The notes under the pieces: model-generated
The model's database searches: none
The model's input: only the letters and a program-made list of their open reading frames with translations
What the model was told of the DNA's origin: nothing
Program-made: the position numbers and the translations under genes
Assembly: GCF_963576615.1 (NCBI RefSeq)
Contig: NC_088708.1
Location: 42,861,115 to 42,925,114 of the forward strand
Direction of reading: 5' to 3'
Length of the DNA: 64,000 bases
Source: Watersipora subatra
Taxonomy: Eukaryota
Part shown: one piece after another, positions 35,798 through 49,403 of the stretch
Layout of the letters: every line of letters begins with the position of its first letter
Position numbering within the stretch: position 1 is the stretch's first letter

Positions 35798-36173
35798 GTG
35801 AGGTTCAGAGCACAAGGCTGAAGTCATGTGCTGCAATAGGTTACCGTCACTGGTCTTGCAATTACAAATGTATGACATAGAAATTTCCCACATTTCTAGA
35901 TTTAAGAGTTATAGCTACATGTTCTAGCATAAAGATTTAGTAATGAACATACCACCAACAATAAGTATTAGTGTATCGAAACTTATTTGTTAGGCCTTCT
36001 CTATATTTCTAGTACGATTATTGTTTGCCTTAAACTATGCACTCATTGCTTTTAAGTCTGTACGATGGTTTTTCCTGGCCTTTTGGTGTGGAAGTGGACA
36101 TGTCTCTAAATGAAAATTTGCAAATGACTTTGAGCTTTTTCAGTGAAATGTAGAAAATGAATCCTTTTGTTAG

Positions 36174-36494
36174 AACTCAGCCAAGATTATCAGAAGTTCT
36201 GTGTTTGGATTTGATGAGAACAGAAAGGTGAAAAGCCGATTTGACTTCGAACAAAACAGTTTGGTCATCACATCAATTGACATCCAGTCAGTGGAGCCTG
36301 TTGACCAGAGAACACGAGAGTCCCTTCAGAAGTCAGTTCAGCTGGCCATCGAGATCACAACCAATTCTCAGGAGGCGGCAGCCAAGCATGAGGCAGAGCG
36401 GCTGGAGCAAGAGGCCAAGGGTAAGCTCGAACGACAGAAGATCAGCGATGAGGCCGAGGCTGAGAAATCAAGGCGTGAGCTTCTTGAGCTCCAG
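36174..36494 (+). CDS. MVP: MVP exon 11
   Basis: [19 protein letters not shown]...[57 protein letters not shown]...ELLELQ. Confidence 0.9.
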
Positions 36495-36734
36495 GTTCGT
36501 GTTGTATGATCTTCAGTCTGGTTGGTTATGGAGCTGTTTTTTGAGCGGTTTGTTTCTTTTGCGCAACAAAGCTAAAATATGATACACAGCATACACGTAT
36601 ACTGAAGTAAATTATTTGTAGTACATTTAGGAAGTTTGTTGATCTGCAATTGATATAGTCTATGTATCAAGAGAAATTCAAGTTAATTTATACCAAAATC
36701 TATTTTGTCACTGAATTTAGATCTGCTTTGACAG

Positions 36735-36869
36735 GCACACAGTGCTGCTGTGGAGAGCTCGGGACAGGCTAAGGCAGAGGCTCAGTCTCGCGCTGAAGCA
36801 GCCATGATTGAAGGAAAAGCCGCTGTTGACCAGGCCAAGCTGAAGGCTGAAGCTGTAAAGATAGATGCG
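36735..36869 (+). CDS. MVP: MVP exon 12
   Basis: [45 protein letters not shown]. Confidence 0.85.
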
Positions 36870-37109
36870 GTATGTCTATGGTTCATTTTGTTGGTTAACC
36901 TGTGAGTAATACAAGTCTAATCGATGGGTGTCAATGTCGGGTTTGTGCATTCATGTTGGCGCAAGGCTTGATGTACTATTTATAAATGGCACGCTGTTGA
37001 TTTTGCAACATGCCTTTCCTTAGATACGTTTATTGATACCCTTTTTTTTCCTTAAATAAAATGTAGTCTTATTTGACCTCATTCCATCAACATATCATCA
37101 TGTTAACAG

Positions 37110-37463
37110 GAATCTGAGTTGGAAAGACTGTCAAATGCCCGAAGCGCCGAGAACAAGTACATCGCTGAGCAGAATGAACTAGAGGTTTCGAAAGCAGAGC
37201 GAATGTCCGAGATTGAGGTGAATAAGTTTAAGATGATGGTCTCCGCAATTGGAGCGGATACCCTCAAGGCCATGGCTAATGCCGGCCCAGAGATGCAGGT
37301 ACGCCTCCTCCAGGGACTTGGCATCAGATCTACTCTCATCACTGATGGATCTTCTCCCATTAATCTTTTTCAAACAGCGCAGGGTCTGATTGCACCGCCT
37401 ATGCCTGCTGCCAAGCGACAGAAAAGGCAAGAATACAGTGAGAGTGAAGACGAGTCAAACTAA
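37110..37463 (+). CDS. MVP: MVP exon 13, the last exon (coiled-coil cap, then stop)
   Basis: [43 protein letters not shown]...[30 protein letters not shown]...SESEDESN*. The 13 exons together total 2586 nt, or 861 codons plus the stop. Confidence 0.9.
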   Translation, partial: ESELERLSNARSAENKYIAEQNELEVSKAERMSEIEVNKFKMMVSAIGADTLKAMANAGPEMQVRLLQGLGIRSTLITDGSSPINLFQTAQGLIAPPMPAAKRQKRQEYSESEDESN

Positions 37464-37687
37464 GAGCACTGTAAATGGACAGATTTCTATATCATGAACA
37501 GATTTTATTTTTCCTGATTTGTTATATATTCATACATGTAACTCGGCTTCTTTCCTACTTTGTCATTTGCAGTAAAATGTCTACATGATTTGATAATCTA
37601 ATATAATTTCTCATCGTCTACTGTAGCGTATGTTTTTTATGGTTCATAGCAGTGAAATATAATTGCATAGAAACAAACAAGTTACAT

Positions 37688-37771
37688 TTATCCTTTGATA
37701 ACTGGAGGCTTATAGCCTGGCTTGACAGCTTCAGCAAGTTCTTTCGCATACATGTCAAGGCGTTGGGTCAT
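37688..37771 (-). CDS. UPB1: Beta-ureidopropionase, last coding exon (exon 11)
   Basis: Minus-strand translation reads MTQRLDMYAKELAEAVKPGYKPPVIKG*, compared with human [27 protein letters not shown]. Coordinates are accurate to within about 2 bp. Confidence 0.8.
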   Translation of the reverse strand: MTQRLDMYAKELAEAVKPGYKPPVIKG

Positions 37772-37864
37772 CTACAACACACGCATGGGTAACATTTATA
37801 AATGTGTAGAAGTTATGATATGCCGCAGCATTATTTCTCACTATAATGCCAATGCTTAACTTAC

Positions 37865-37951
37865 CCTGAAACCCCACTTGTCCTTGACCTGACGACAAAG
37901 GTTCAGATCAACTTCTGTCACAAGCAGTCCATCGAGTGTACGGCTGAGTCC
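37865..37951 (-). CDS. UPB1: UPB1 exon 10
   Basis: [29 protein letters not shown], compared with human [29 protein letters not shown]. The GTAAGT donor is on the minus strand. Confidence 0.8.
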
Positions 37952-38282
37952 CTTCAGAACATAAATTGTTTTTGAAAGCAGAGCAAGGCTCACAACTAAC
38001 TGATCAGGCCGTGTGACTATATGGGGAGGAAGCATGATTGCGGCTGAAAGATGCTGCAGATGTTTCTATGGAAATTCAAGTATTGGGAATACTAGTGGTA
38101 ATGAGTGCCAGATGGACCTTAGATGTTGGAAAACAAACAAAAGTTGTTGTACTTTGTACTATTAGACTGATGCATGTTTAAGTTTAGCAGTTTGTAGTGA
38201 AAGGCTATATCGTTAGTACGGTTTCACAAATGTCTATTGCCCGGTTGTGGACCCTTGTTTGCACACAACAAAAGTAACTCAC

Positions 38283-38393
38283 AGGCGTCCTTGTTCCATC
38301 AGGGCTGGCTACGTATGTAGATCCATAGAAATGTCCAAAATCATTATGGGCAGGCTTCCCATCACCAGAAGTGAACTCATTCTTAAAGGTCTC
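38283..38393 (-). CDS. UPB1: UPB1 exon 9
   Basis: [37 protein letters not shown], compared with human [37 protein letters not shown]. Confidence 0.85.
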
Positions 38394-38517
38394 CTACAAT
38401 GGAGAGACAGTTTGATATGCAGAAAAAGCCACTTGATAGTCAGACTACCTGCATATAGCTAGGGGTAAAAAGATGCAAATGTTAGTTAGAAAACTGCAAT
38501 TGTAAGACAACACTCAC

Positions 38518-38599
38518 TGTACCAACTCTGTTGATAGGCACTGTGTAGTAGCTGTTAGCTATGGCAGCGTTCCTTGCCTCAATACCCCACATTGGCTCG
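38518..38599 (-). CDS. UPB1: UPB1 exon 8
   Basis: (S)[27 protein letters not shown] is from ORF 38482..38733. Compare human [28 protein letters not shown]. Confidence 0.85.
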
Positions 38600-39208
38600 C
38601 TGCATGCATAAAAAGTATACTGGTTAGTTGCAGCACAAACGAGTTTAATGTACAACACTGGGTGCTTCTGACAGTAAGCAGCAACAGTATATGAACCGAA
38701 AGAGCACAATAGGAATAATGAAAAAGGATTCAAAAAAATGAAACTGCGAGCACACTACTACTTACTAGGCAACCAGAACAGAAGTGTTCTACAACAACAT
38801 GGCTTCAGGTTTTAACGGCTACTTTGAGTGAAGCATTGCTTACAATATCATGTGAATAATAGGATTATTTACACCAAGGTTGCTTGAAGCCATTGTAGCA
38901 AGGTCAAAAGTGAACAGCAAACGACCCAAAGACTCTCAACCTGCAGGATTTATTTCCTTGTCTGGTCAACAAGTGCTATTACTGGGTAGATTGAACTAAA
39001 ATTTATGTGCAATGCACAAAATTACATGCGCAGACGTCATTTTTAAAAGATGAGAGGTCAAAAATTAACAGGAAATTCATGCATACATCGATCTCTCCAA
39101 GACTCATATTCGAGAGATTGAACAATTTCAACAGGTGTTTTGTGCATCACTGAGTAAGCACATGAGAAATATTTCAATGAATTACTACTGATAAGGGCAT
39201 CTATATAC

Positions 39209-39378
39209 CTGAGGTTGCCAACAGTAGCTGATGGGTTGAAGACTATCTCAGCGCCGTTCACACCAAACATCAACCAGTTGAGGGGATGATGCCTTCCATA
39301 ACAGATGTTTATACCTATCCGGCCAAACTGGGTATCAAACACCGGATGTCCTGTGTCCCCCTCCATGTAATATGTTGA
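39209..39378 (-). CDS. UPB1: UPB1 exon 7, part of the nitrilase/CN-hydrolase catalytic core
   Basis: [56 protein letters not shown] is from ORF 39058..39366. It is near-identical to human ...[36 protein letters not shown]. Confidence 0.9.
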
Positions 39379-39699
39379 CTAAAACATACAACTGTATTTT
39401 ATGTCATATTAATGGCTAATTGACAGCTGTTTTATGCAATATTTGTTAGTATTTTGCTAAGCTCGTGGTACAGGCCAATGTTAGTAATGGACATGGAAAC
39501 ATCTCATAGTATTGCGTAATGCTAGGGTTTTTCTGAACAGCTGATGCTAAAATTTTAAATAAAAAGTTACACTTGTCCCTAGATAATAAGAGAGCCTTAT
39601 AGACTTTTATCTTGCCTCCTTGTAGCTTCTCATGTCCTGAATGCTTCTACATTCTGAATTACCAAATGATGAAGCTGGTTTGTGTGAAACATGCACGCA

Positions 39700-39835
39700 C
39701 ACACACGCCCACACATGCGGAACACACATTCGCGCGCCCCCACATGCGGAACATGTACACGCACAAACATGCGTAAGCGCGCAAACATGCGTGCGCGCAC
39801 AAACATGCGTAAACGCACATGTGCAGATGCACAAA
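39700..39835. repeat. CA/GC-rich degenerate microsatellite, (ACAAACATGCGTRCGCGC)n-like, in a UPB1 intron
   Basis: Direct reading. It produces the spurious ORFs at 39607..40035. Confidence 0.75.
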
Positions 39836-42800
39836 TCCTCCATTTTCTTTACAATCTCTAAATTAAAAACTGAGTACAGTTCACCCTCGAGATACAATGT
39901 TAATTCGTTCCAGGTTTGGCATCGTATGGTGAAAAATTCGTATATCGGGGCATAGAGACCATTGTAATTACACAATGCAAACATCCCCTGGTAAAAATCG
40001 TCAAATTTTTTATAAAAATGTGTACATATCGACAATTAGCAACAAAATAGTATGTTAACTTTAGTAATTATAGTTACCTACAGTAACTGTATTGTATTTG
40101 GTGTATTTTAATGGTTATGATCTGTAATAAAATGCAAAATTATAATGTGTTTACCAAATGCAGTACGTACGGTAAGGAGTGTTTACCTTCAAAAGGTACG
40201 TATAACATAAACTTTGAAATCACTTCAAGTAAGTTTAGCTTGCTAAACCTACACTTAAAACTAAGTTTTAGTACGTATTTTGAACTATTTTACTGAATTT
40301 CAACTTTTTATCGCGAAACTTTATCCTTCAGCAGTTCCTATCTTCACTTTCACTATAAAATTTAGCGTGTTTGGTTGAAACCTTTTTCAACCTAAATCGA
40401 TTAGGCCGAGCGATGCAGTTATAGAAAGCGGCCTCTCACACACTTGACCATTTAATGGCGACCGAAAAGAAAAATAAAATTTTATTTGCTATACAGGGCG
40501 TACATACCTTTGGAGTAACGTGGCTTCAGCAGGAACATGTAGCGAGTAAAGCAGAGAGGAGGCAAAAGCGTATCAATGCTAATTATGTTGCTGTACACTT
40601 GAAAATAAATTTAATACGTAATGAATTGGAATTTTTTTAGCAGGCTAAAAGAAGTTGTCCATTCCTGTCCAAATTTTTCTACTGGTTTAAAAGAAAAGGT
40701 TGATGGTGCAATGCAGAAAATTGCTAGCTAGCTAACGAATGTAAAAGGATCCAGAGAAGGTGGTACAGTAGTTTGTCTTGTATGAAATGTGCACAAGAAT
40801 CAATGTAACCAAACATACAAAGTTTGGACGTATTTATACCCTAGAGGACAGGGCTTTAGCAAGTTTCAGAAAGTAATGTGGCTGTGTCAACTATCTTGAG
40901 TAGCTAGTTATATATGAGTTACATACATACGATGAATTGTATTTACGTAGTAGAGAACAGGCCGGACTGCAAAGGCCTGGTTGAACAAGCAAATAAAACA
41001 TAAAATCAAAATGAAATAAATAAAACATAAAATGAAATAAATAAAACATGCCACAAAAATATAAATAATGATATACATTCTACACGCATTGGTTTTATGT
41101 ACCAGTCCACATCAGTGAATTAAACACTTGAAATATTTCTGCCAATGTAGGTTTTTCTGTATCTTCTAGTTCCTCGGCCCTCGCCCATACTAAAGGGTTG
41201 CTCCTCTTTAATGCTGATCGCGTGCATGGCCTTCCAACTGTTTCAAATCGTCAGTCGTAAGCTCCTCCTTGTGCTTGCTTTAATAATAACTGCAAATTCT
41301 GATTAGTTACGACCATATTCCTTGACAATATTAACAATACGGGTGCTTTCTTCTTATTTATTTATGACTTCCAACTTTGTTGACATGGAAATCATTTTTT
41401 CTTCGTTTTGTAACGTTTGTATCGGTCTCAGATTTCATAGCTAACGAATTAAATATGGATACTGGTAGTTATATACGTATGCTGACTAAAAGTTTATAGT
41501 AAAAGAGAGTATGACGCTGAAAATGAATATTTGCTCTCGCTTGTGTATTTTACACGAAATTTCCACGCGAAAGGCTGTCCTGAGAGAAGTCGGTCATCGT
41601 ATCTCTTCTAAACGTTCTGAAAATGTTTTCGGCAAACTGTATTTCGGTGTCTTTGTTATTTTGACGTGCGTTATGAGCACACCGACCGCCAAATTTTAAC
41701 TCGGCGAAACTTTTCTCAAAATCGTATCGTGAAATAAAATTCGTATAGCGAGGTGAAGATCTCACAATGTTCAACTTCGTAAGGTGAAAAAATCGTATAT
41801 CAGGGTAATCGTATCCCGAGGGTGCACTGTACATGTATAGCCAAATCTCTACATACAAAGTTAATTACTTCAGGATCTGCTTCGTATGTTAAAACCACAA
41901 AATGTCGGAGCGAGTATTCTTATAATAATACACCGCAGTCTGTTTAGTTCATTCTACAGTCTAAAAACGCCTTACATATAAGATTAAAACGAATGTGACA
42001 TATATTCATAAATAAATATCATATCAAATTATGTAAAGACTAACCGCAGCAAACAAAAGCAGTAGTAATCATTTTAGAAGATTTTATGGTTATTATTATT
42101 TTTATTGCAATTTAGGTTTTTAGGTTGAAAACTTGTAGGTTTGAAGGTAGAGAAGCTGATAAAGATATGGAGAACTTGGAGGAAAAGCTTAGATGATGTG
42201 AAGCTCAAACCAATGATATACAGCCCCCAAGGATAGGTGACGGCTATCATATGGGTGGGATTTAATGATCGCGCCCTGTTAGGATTGTGCTAGCTTGGGT
42301 TTCGGAGCTAACATAATTCTCGCGCGGCAGTCGCGTTGCCTTGATATGATTTGGAAAACAGGACTCGCTGTTATCGTGTCTTTAGCTCATTCAGTCAGTA
42401 GGCCCCCGTGGTTCACAATAGCAAACCTTGAATTTCTACAATGTAGGGGTAATACCTAACTAAAAAAATGGATCCATGGAAAATAAAACATTTCAAATTA
42501 TCTACTTTTACTAACTTTGAAATTGGTAAGTGTTGTAGTATATGCTTAAAGTTAAATATAATTTACCCAAAATCACCCGAACAATGGCCTTTTTTCCCTA
42601 GTTTTTAATTAATATTTTGCCACCCCTAATAGAAAATGACCAAGTCTTTCATCGTTGTCACATTGTTTTACGTGGCCAATAAGATGGGGCAGCAGGCAAA
42701 GCTTCGGAGTGTAGTTTTCATACTCAAAATCTAAATATAAAACTGAATTTGGGCTATTTTACGATTGCGACTATTAATATCGCGAATGCTTGTGAATGGC

Positions 42801-43004
42801 AACTGACTGATCATAACGGTGACAATATCGGGCAACTATATTTATTTGACAACAAAATGAAACCGATAGATCAGTAAAATAACTAATATTGTTCATAATA
42901 TTTGTAAATTTACAAGAGGCTCTATTCAGCATATTTGTTTGTTCGGGTGCCGTGTTCGGGTTCATCCCACCAGAGCTCGACCATTAGGCCCTGCCCAGAT
43001 GATG

Positions 43005-44352
43005 CCTGTTGCCTATCTTTGTGGGGGCTGTATATCTTTGTGAGGGCTGTATATCATTGTGGGGGCTGTATATCCTTGTGGGGGCTGTATATCATTGTGA
43101 GGGCTGTATATCCTTGTGGGGGCTATGTATCATTGTGGGGGCTGTATATCTTTGTGTGGGCTGTATATCATTGTGGGGGCTGTATATCCTTGTGGGGGCT
43201 GTATATCATTGTGGGGGCTGTATATCCTTGTGGGGGCTGTATATCCTTGTGGGGGCTGTATATCCTTGTGGGAGCTGTATATCCTTGTGGGGGCTGTGTA
43301 TCATTGTGGGGGCTGTATATCCTTGTGGGGGCTGTATATCATTGTGGGGGTATGTATATCATATTGGAGGCTGTATATCATTTTGGGGGCTGTATATCAT
43401 TGTGGGGGCTGTATATCATTGTGGGGGCTGTATATCATTGTGGAGGCTGTATATCATTGTGGGGGCTGTATATCATTGTGGGGGTTGTATATCATTGTGG
43501 GGGCTGTATATCCTTGTGGGGGCTGTATATCCTTGTGGGGGCTGTATATCCTTGTGGGAGCTGTATATCCTTGTGGGGGCTGTGTATCATTGTGGGGGCT
43601 GTATATCCTTGTGGGGGCTGTATATCATTGTGGGGGTATGTATATCATATTGGAGGCTGTATATCATTGTGGGGGCTGTATATCATTGTGGGGGCTGTAT
43701 ATCCTTGTGGGGACTGTATATCATTGTGGGGGCTGTATATCATTGTGGGGGCTGTATATCATTGTGGGAGCTGTATATCATTGTGGGGGCTGTATATCAT
43801 TGTGGGGGCTGTATATCCTTGTGGGGGCTGTATATCATTGTGGGGGCTGTATATCATTGTGGGGGCTGTATATCATTGTGGGGGCTGTATATCATTGTGG
43901 GGGCTGTATATCATTGTGGGGGCTGTATATTATTGTGGGGGCTGTATATCATTGTGGGGGCTGTATATCATTGTGGGGGCTGTATATCATTGTGGGGGCT
44001 GTATATCATTGTGGGGGCTGTATATCATTGTGGGGGCTGTATATCATTGTGGGGGCTGTATATCATTGTGGGGGCTGTATATCATTGTGGGGGCTGTATA
44101 TCATTGTGGGGGCTGTATATCATTGTGGGGGCTGTATATCATTGTGGGGGCTGTATATCATTGTGGGGGCTGTATATCATTGTGGGGGCTGTATATCATT
44201 GTGGGGGCTGTATATCATTGTGGGGGCTATGTATCATTGTGGGGGCTGTATATCATTGTGGGGGCTGTATATCATTGTGGGGGCTGTATATCATTGTGGG
44301 GGCTGTATATCATTGTGGGGGCTGTATATCATTGTGGGGGCTGTATATCATT
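43005..44352. repeat. 20-bp minisatellite GGGGGCTGTATATCATTGTG of about 68 copies, with a higher-order block of about 285 bp
   Basis: The distal 0.55 kb is near-perfect. The proximal part alternates CATTGTG and CCTTGTG units. A roughly 160-bp stretch at 43215-43375 recurs at 43500-43660. The array lies in the UPB1 intron between exons 7 and 6. Confidence 0.95.
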
Positions 44353-45893
44353 GCTCTAACTAACTCACTTTACGCACATTATTATTATTATTTTTCTCAT
44401 ATTTTCCCTTTTCTTTGTACTTTTCACCCCCTTTACATTCAATTATGGAACTGCATCGCTTCTCAAAATGTTATGTGTTGGAAGTTATTTATCAATTATT
44501 TATAATTTATTTCAGTGAATGAAATACTTGTTGAAATTTTAAGGAAAAATTTACACATTTGGAGTTTGGTTGAAAATTCTATGTCCATTTTAGGCATGCT
44601 ATTTATATACTGAAGACCCTAATACATGCTATTTATATACTGAATACTCTAATACAAAAATAAGTTGCTCTCATTTGGTTAGTTCACTAGTTCACTGTAG
44701 AGAAACATACACTAGCTGATTTATCTGAAGTACTGACACTCCACAGTGATATGAATATAAAACTACATGCGTATAGTAACCTGTATAAAGATACTATAAT
44801 AAGTAAAAAAATTTACATAAAGATGAAAATGCATTATCCCTGCTAATCTAAGGCACCTTACACAGACTGCATACTTGTTTGTTAAAAGTTTAAACTATAA
44901 CACACTTAACTGAAGAGCCACTATAGTATCTGCGAATTTATGGTTCCAAGGAATGCCCTACTAAATTATCTAATCTCTCCATATGGTTATAGTCTGCAAT
45001 GTCAGCATACAAGTTCTTCCTATGTTTAATCGCTTGTTCAGAGGATTCATATTCATATCATACACTCATCACCATGCCGAGAGAAGTACAAATACTACAC
45101 GTAGAAAAGCTATCTACTAACTGGTTTAAAGGAAGTTTAGCACAACAAGAACGAGTGATAAACTTTGGCAGAGCGACAAAAGCCACTTTTATACATAACT
45201 ATCTACACAGCTGATATGAACACCTGCCGGTTTATCACTTGAACATATATTATGAAAAGCGCCGGCATTTGATGCTGATTTAATATCAAGTGTGTAGACA
45301 TTAGTTTCACCATTTTTATAAATTTGCTGAAAAGAAAATAAGAGTTTGTCCTCATGACTATTCTCATCTATGTTTATCCCAATATCCGGCTTAAAATAGC
45401 CACACTTTGTACCAAAATTTTAGATAAGACTTCTGTAATGCATTTATTGGTTCCCTTGAGGTAGGGCACTAAGGAAACCCTACCTCACTAGTATAATATA
45501 GCCAATAGTTTAATGAAACCATCTTTTTTTCAAACCTCTCCCATATGGTTACCCCATTTGACAAAAAATACCCCATGATAAAGTATATAATATTATAAAG
45601 CTATATGATACTTTATACTCAACCTTAACGTAAATGGACATGAAAGGAGTGACTGAAAACACATTAAAATAAATGAAGCAGTATTCTGTATGAGTGATAA
45701 TCAATACAATTAGTTATCTAAAATGACTTGCCATGTAGAGACACTAAATGTTCATTCATTAAAACAACATAGTTCACATGTGGACACAAAATAATCTTTA
45801 TTTATTTTTACTGAAAACAGTTGATCTTCTGCTGCAGCTATATCTTAGAATTAACCATGTATTTGAAATGACAAAAATAGATAAAATGCTCAC

Positions 45894-45970
45894 CTCATTG
45901 AAGTCTCCAACCCGAGGTATATGATTCTTCCTGCTCTTACCGAGGTAGCGCCCAGTGTTAGAAATCACAA
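45894..45970 (-). CDS. UPB1: UPB1 exon 6
   Basis: (V)[25 protein letters not shown] is from ORF 45798..46067. Compare human [26 protein letters not shown]. Confidence 0.9.
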
Positions 45971-46578
45971 CTGTAACAAATAGATAGGCTATAAGCCTTA
46001 CTTTAGCAGGAAGCCACAACTCCTTGTTATAACCAAAGCGAGAGAAGATAACTCCTAATGCTAACAATCACAGCTTTGGCACACAGAACTAACTCCTTAT
46101 TTACACAAGTACAAAGACCATAACATATAGCTTCTAGTGTGCCATTCGAGACTGAGACATGATTAGTTAGCATTCGCTGCTCAAGTCCAAGGCAAAACAG
46201 GTGCAGATGTTTTCAGTGTGCAACATTTTAAACAAATGAAGAAAACTTTTATGTTGGAAAAGCAGACAACTCCGTTGCACGAAACCAAGAGTAGACTTGC
46301 AAATGATTAACGTTCATCATTACAGCAGCAGGAGTCAGCCGTAGGTCAGTTAAATATATATATATCATTACTTTATATTGAGGACTGTACAGAATATACA
46401 CAGTTTAAGGGCATAACCAGCTGATATGAGGTTGAATGTAATAGTGAAAACAATTTGCACAACAAAGGCAGTATGAAACATACGTACTCATTGATAGATA
46501 TTGGTGTTGTGCATCAACTTCGTATGATACTAAAATGCAAGCTGCGAGATATAACCTTGCAATACATTAGAGATTTAC

Positions 46579-46657
46579 CTGTTGTGTTCCATAAGACATC
46601 ACTCTCATCTCTTTCTAAGATAGATGACAGAACCACCATGTTATACTTCTTGGCAAG
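46579..46657 (-). CDS. UPB1: UPB1 exon 5
   Basis: LAKKYNMVVLSSILERDESDVLWNTT, compared with human [28 protein letters not shown]. Confidence 0.85.
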
Positions 46658-47479
46658 CTACAAATATAATCATGCTTGAAGACTCCAAATATTCTTAAAA
46701 GGAAATTTCACTTGACTGCTACAACGAAAGCGGCCAGAACTCCAGCATGTTACCGTAATAATCACGCTATGACAAGATGTTAAGTGGTGGCCACATCTCA
46801 CTAAACCAAAGCTTCGATGTTGTCAGATTTGCAAGGGAGATGCAGCTGAAGTAACCAAAGCCTTGTAACCAACTGGCTTCAGTTACACTAAATTTTGTCA
46901 ACCAGGTGAGACTATTGCACAATTCACTATCAGCAAATGCAATGTCCACTTATTTCTAACACAACATGGAATCAAGTGACCGTACGACAGAGAATGGCCT
47001 AATTTTCTAAGCTTGATTTGGGATCATGTGGCTTCTCCTTGCAACTTCCGCTGCATTGGTTGAGATATGCCCACTTCGAGAGCTTTGTTTCAATTGCAAT
47101 GTGGCTACCACTTTAGAAGATAAAGCAGTTTGATAGTCCGCCGTCTAGCTGTCTGCCATTGTGCTAAAGACTAGCGACATGAGAGTAACTAAAGATGTTT
47201 GAAGCTGAATGAATAGGTAATAAAACAATGTGAAATGGCAGAGGAGCATAAGCTTTAGCGACATACCTGGTCATCAAACAAAATGCATCACTATTAAAGA
47301 GATAATGCAACTGAATAAAATGTACTAACTATCACAAACAGCAATCTCCATGTATCACAACTACCATATATGCGTTCATTGACTATAGCACAATATGAAC
47401 TGCTCTTCAGCCTCAATGTAGAGATGTAGAACAGATAAGAAATGAATAATGTTAAGGAATATATAAATTAGGTATAGTA

Positions 47480-47670
47480 TGGAGACCAATCTATACATAT
47501 AAACCTCAAAGTTTGTATGTGTGTATTTCAGCATGTCCAGCTATTGCTATTAAAATCTAGGAATGAAAAATCTGTTTCATGCTGAATTTGAACTCGCGGA
47601 GATTGCAACCCCAAGTTTCAAACCACGCATTTAACCACTGAGCTATAAAGTGCTTAGCATTCTCGCTCTT
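47480..47670 (-). mobile_element. tRNA-derived SINE copy with a tRNA-like head and a tail reading ...ATTTTAATAGC.ATAGCTGGACA...ACAAACTTTGAGGTTTATAT
   Basis: The reverse complement carries D-arm-like TAGCTCAGTGGTTAAATGCG and T-arm-like GAGTTCAAATTC. The same tail family occurs at 57900-58010 and 58010-58150. Confidence 0.5.
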
Positions 47671-48525
47671 ATCATACACCGTATACCTTAATTCACCACT
47701 AAACGTGCTCTTTTGGTTATTAACTAATATTACCTTTTGCATTTATTATTTTTTGAAATTGTTTAAAAACTAATTTTTTGCTACCATTACCTATTTTTTA
47801 ATTTGTAATTTTTAAATGTGCCGTTTTAATTTCAAATGTGCCGTTACACTTCTATGTCCGGTTTTTCGTAAGGCTAATAATTTTCATGCGGACAATTGCA
47901 TTATCTCGAGTAGGAATAGCCTCAACATTCTCTCTCCATTTGATCAGACAAAGACATTCGGATATCTCATTTTTACATTTGTACCAGTATCATAGTATGG
48001 ATAGCTTCTGCTGGAACAGTAACCTTCTTTATACACACACACTTCTATGCACGAATTGTTATTATTAATTCAACATATTCAGAATTTTTATTTTGTTCTC
48101 TCAGTTCGTATTGGTTGTATCATTACCAAATCATTTTTTATTGTAATCGTAGCAAAACGGACTTAATTTAGCTATTACTAGCTAATTATTTTACATTTGC
48201 ATTTAAACACTTTTATAGTTGTTTTATTTTGTTTCTTAATTTATTTGAACTGCATAAAATATTTTCCTCATTATGAAATTGGAAAGTTACAGTTGGTTGA
48301 CAAAGTTTGAAACCTTTGGAGTTGTTTTTATTTTTCTCTTAATTTATTTAAACTGCACAAAACACTTTTCTCGTGATATGAAGTTTGAACGTTAAAGTGG
48401 TAACTGTTATTATATATTAAATAAAAATAAATTTTCTGTGCAAAACCTTTTATTATTTGGGCAACGCCGAGCATTCAACTAGTAAAATATAAACAGCTAA
48501 TAGCATTTACAAATAGACTCAATTT

Positions 48526-49403
48526 GTAGTGGATCTGATGCATAGACACAGATCTTAACTCTGATGCATAGACACAGATCTGAACTCTGATGCATAGACA
48601 CAGATCTTAACTCTGATGCATAGACACAGATCTGAACTCTGATGCATAGACACAGATCTTAACCCTGATGCATAGACACAGATCTTAACTCTGATGCATA
48701 GACACAGATCTTAACCCTGATGCATAGACATAGATCTTAACTCTGATGCATAGACATAGATCTTAACTCTGATGCATAGACATAGATCTTAACTCTGATG
48801 CATAGACACAGATCTTAACTCTGATGCATAGACATAGATCTTAACTCTGATGCATAAACACAGATCTTAACCTTGATGCATAGACACAGATCTTAACCTT
48901 GATGCATAGACACAGATCTTAACTCTGATGCATAGACACAGATCTTAACTCTGATGCATAGACACAGATCTTAACTCTGATGCATAGACACAGATCTGAA
49001 CTCTGATGCATAGACACAGATCTTAACCCTGATGCATAGACATAGATCTTAACTCTGATGCATAGACATAGATCTTAACTCTGATGCATAGACATAGATC
49101 TTAACTTTGATGCATAGACATAGATCTTAACTCTGATGCATAGACACAGATCTTAACCTTGATGCATAGACATAGATCTTAACTCTGATGCATAGACATA
49201 GATCTTAACTCTGATGCATAAACACAGATCTTAACCTTGATGCATAGACACAGATCTTAACCTTGATGCATAGACACAGATCTTAACTCTGATGCATAGA
49301 CACAGATCTTAACTCTGATGCATAGACACAGATCTTAACCTTGATGCATCGACACAGATTTTAACCTTGATGCATAGACACAGATTTTAACCTTGATGCA
49401 TAA
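48526..49403. repeat. 26-bp satellite CTGATGCATAGACACAGATCTTAACT of about 34 copies, in a UPB1 intron
   Basis: Head-to-tail units with recurrent variants (CACAG or CATAG, then TTAACT, TGAACT, TTAACC or TTAACCTT) arranged in a periodic, higher-order pattern. Confidence 0.95.

Noticed and set aside
42935-44505. Three long overlapping ORFs of 415-498 aa encoding CGGCISLWGLYIIVGAVYH repeats
   Set aside because: These are pure artefacts of translating the 20-bp minisatellite (60 bp equals three units) in three frames. They have no start context or codon-usage signal, and they lie inside a UPB1 intron.
43005-49403. Regular short direct repeats considered as a possible CRISPR array
   Set aside because: The context is eukaryotic, with introns of conserved metazoan genes. 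The units are contiguous with no unique spacers, and no cas genes are present. These are satellites.
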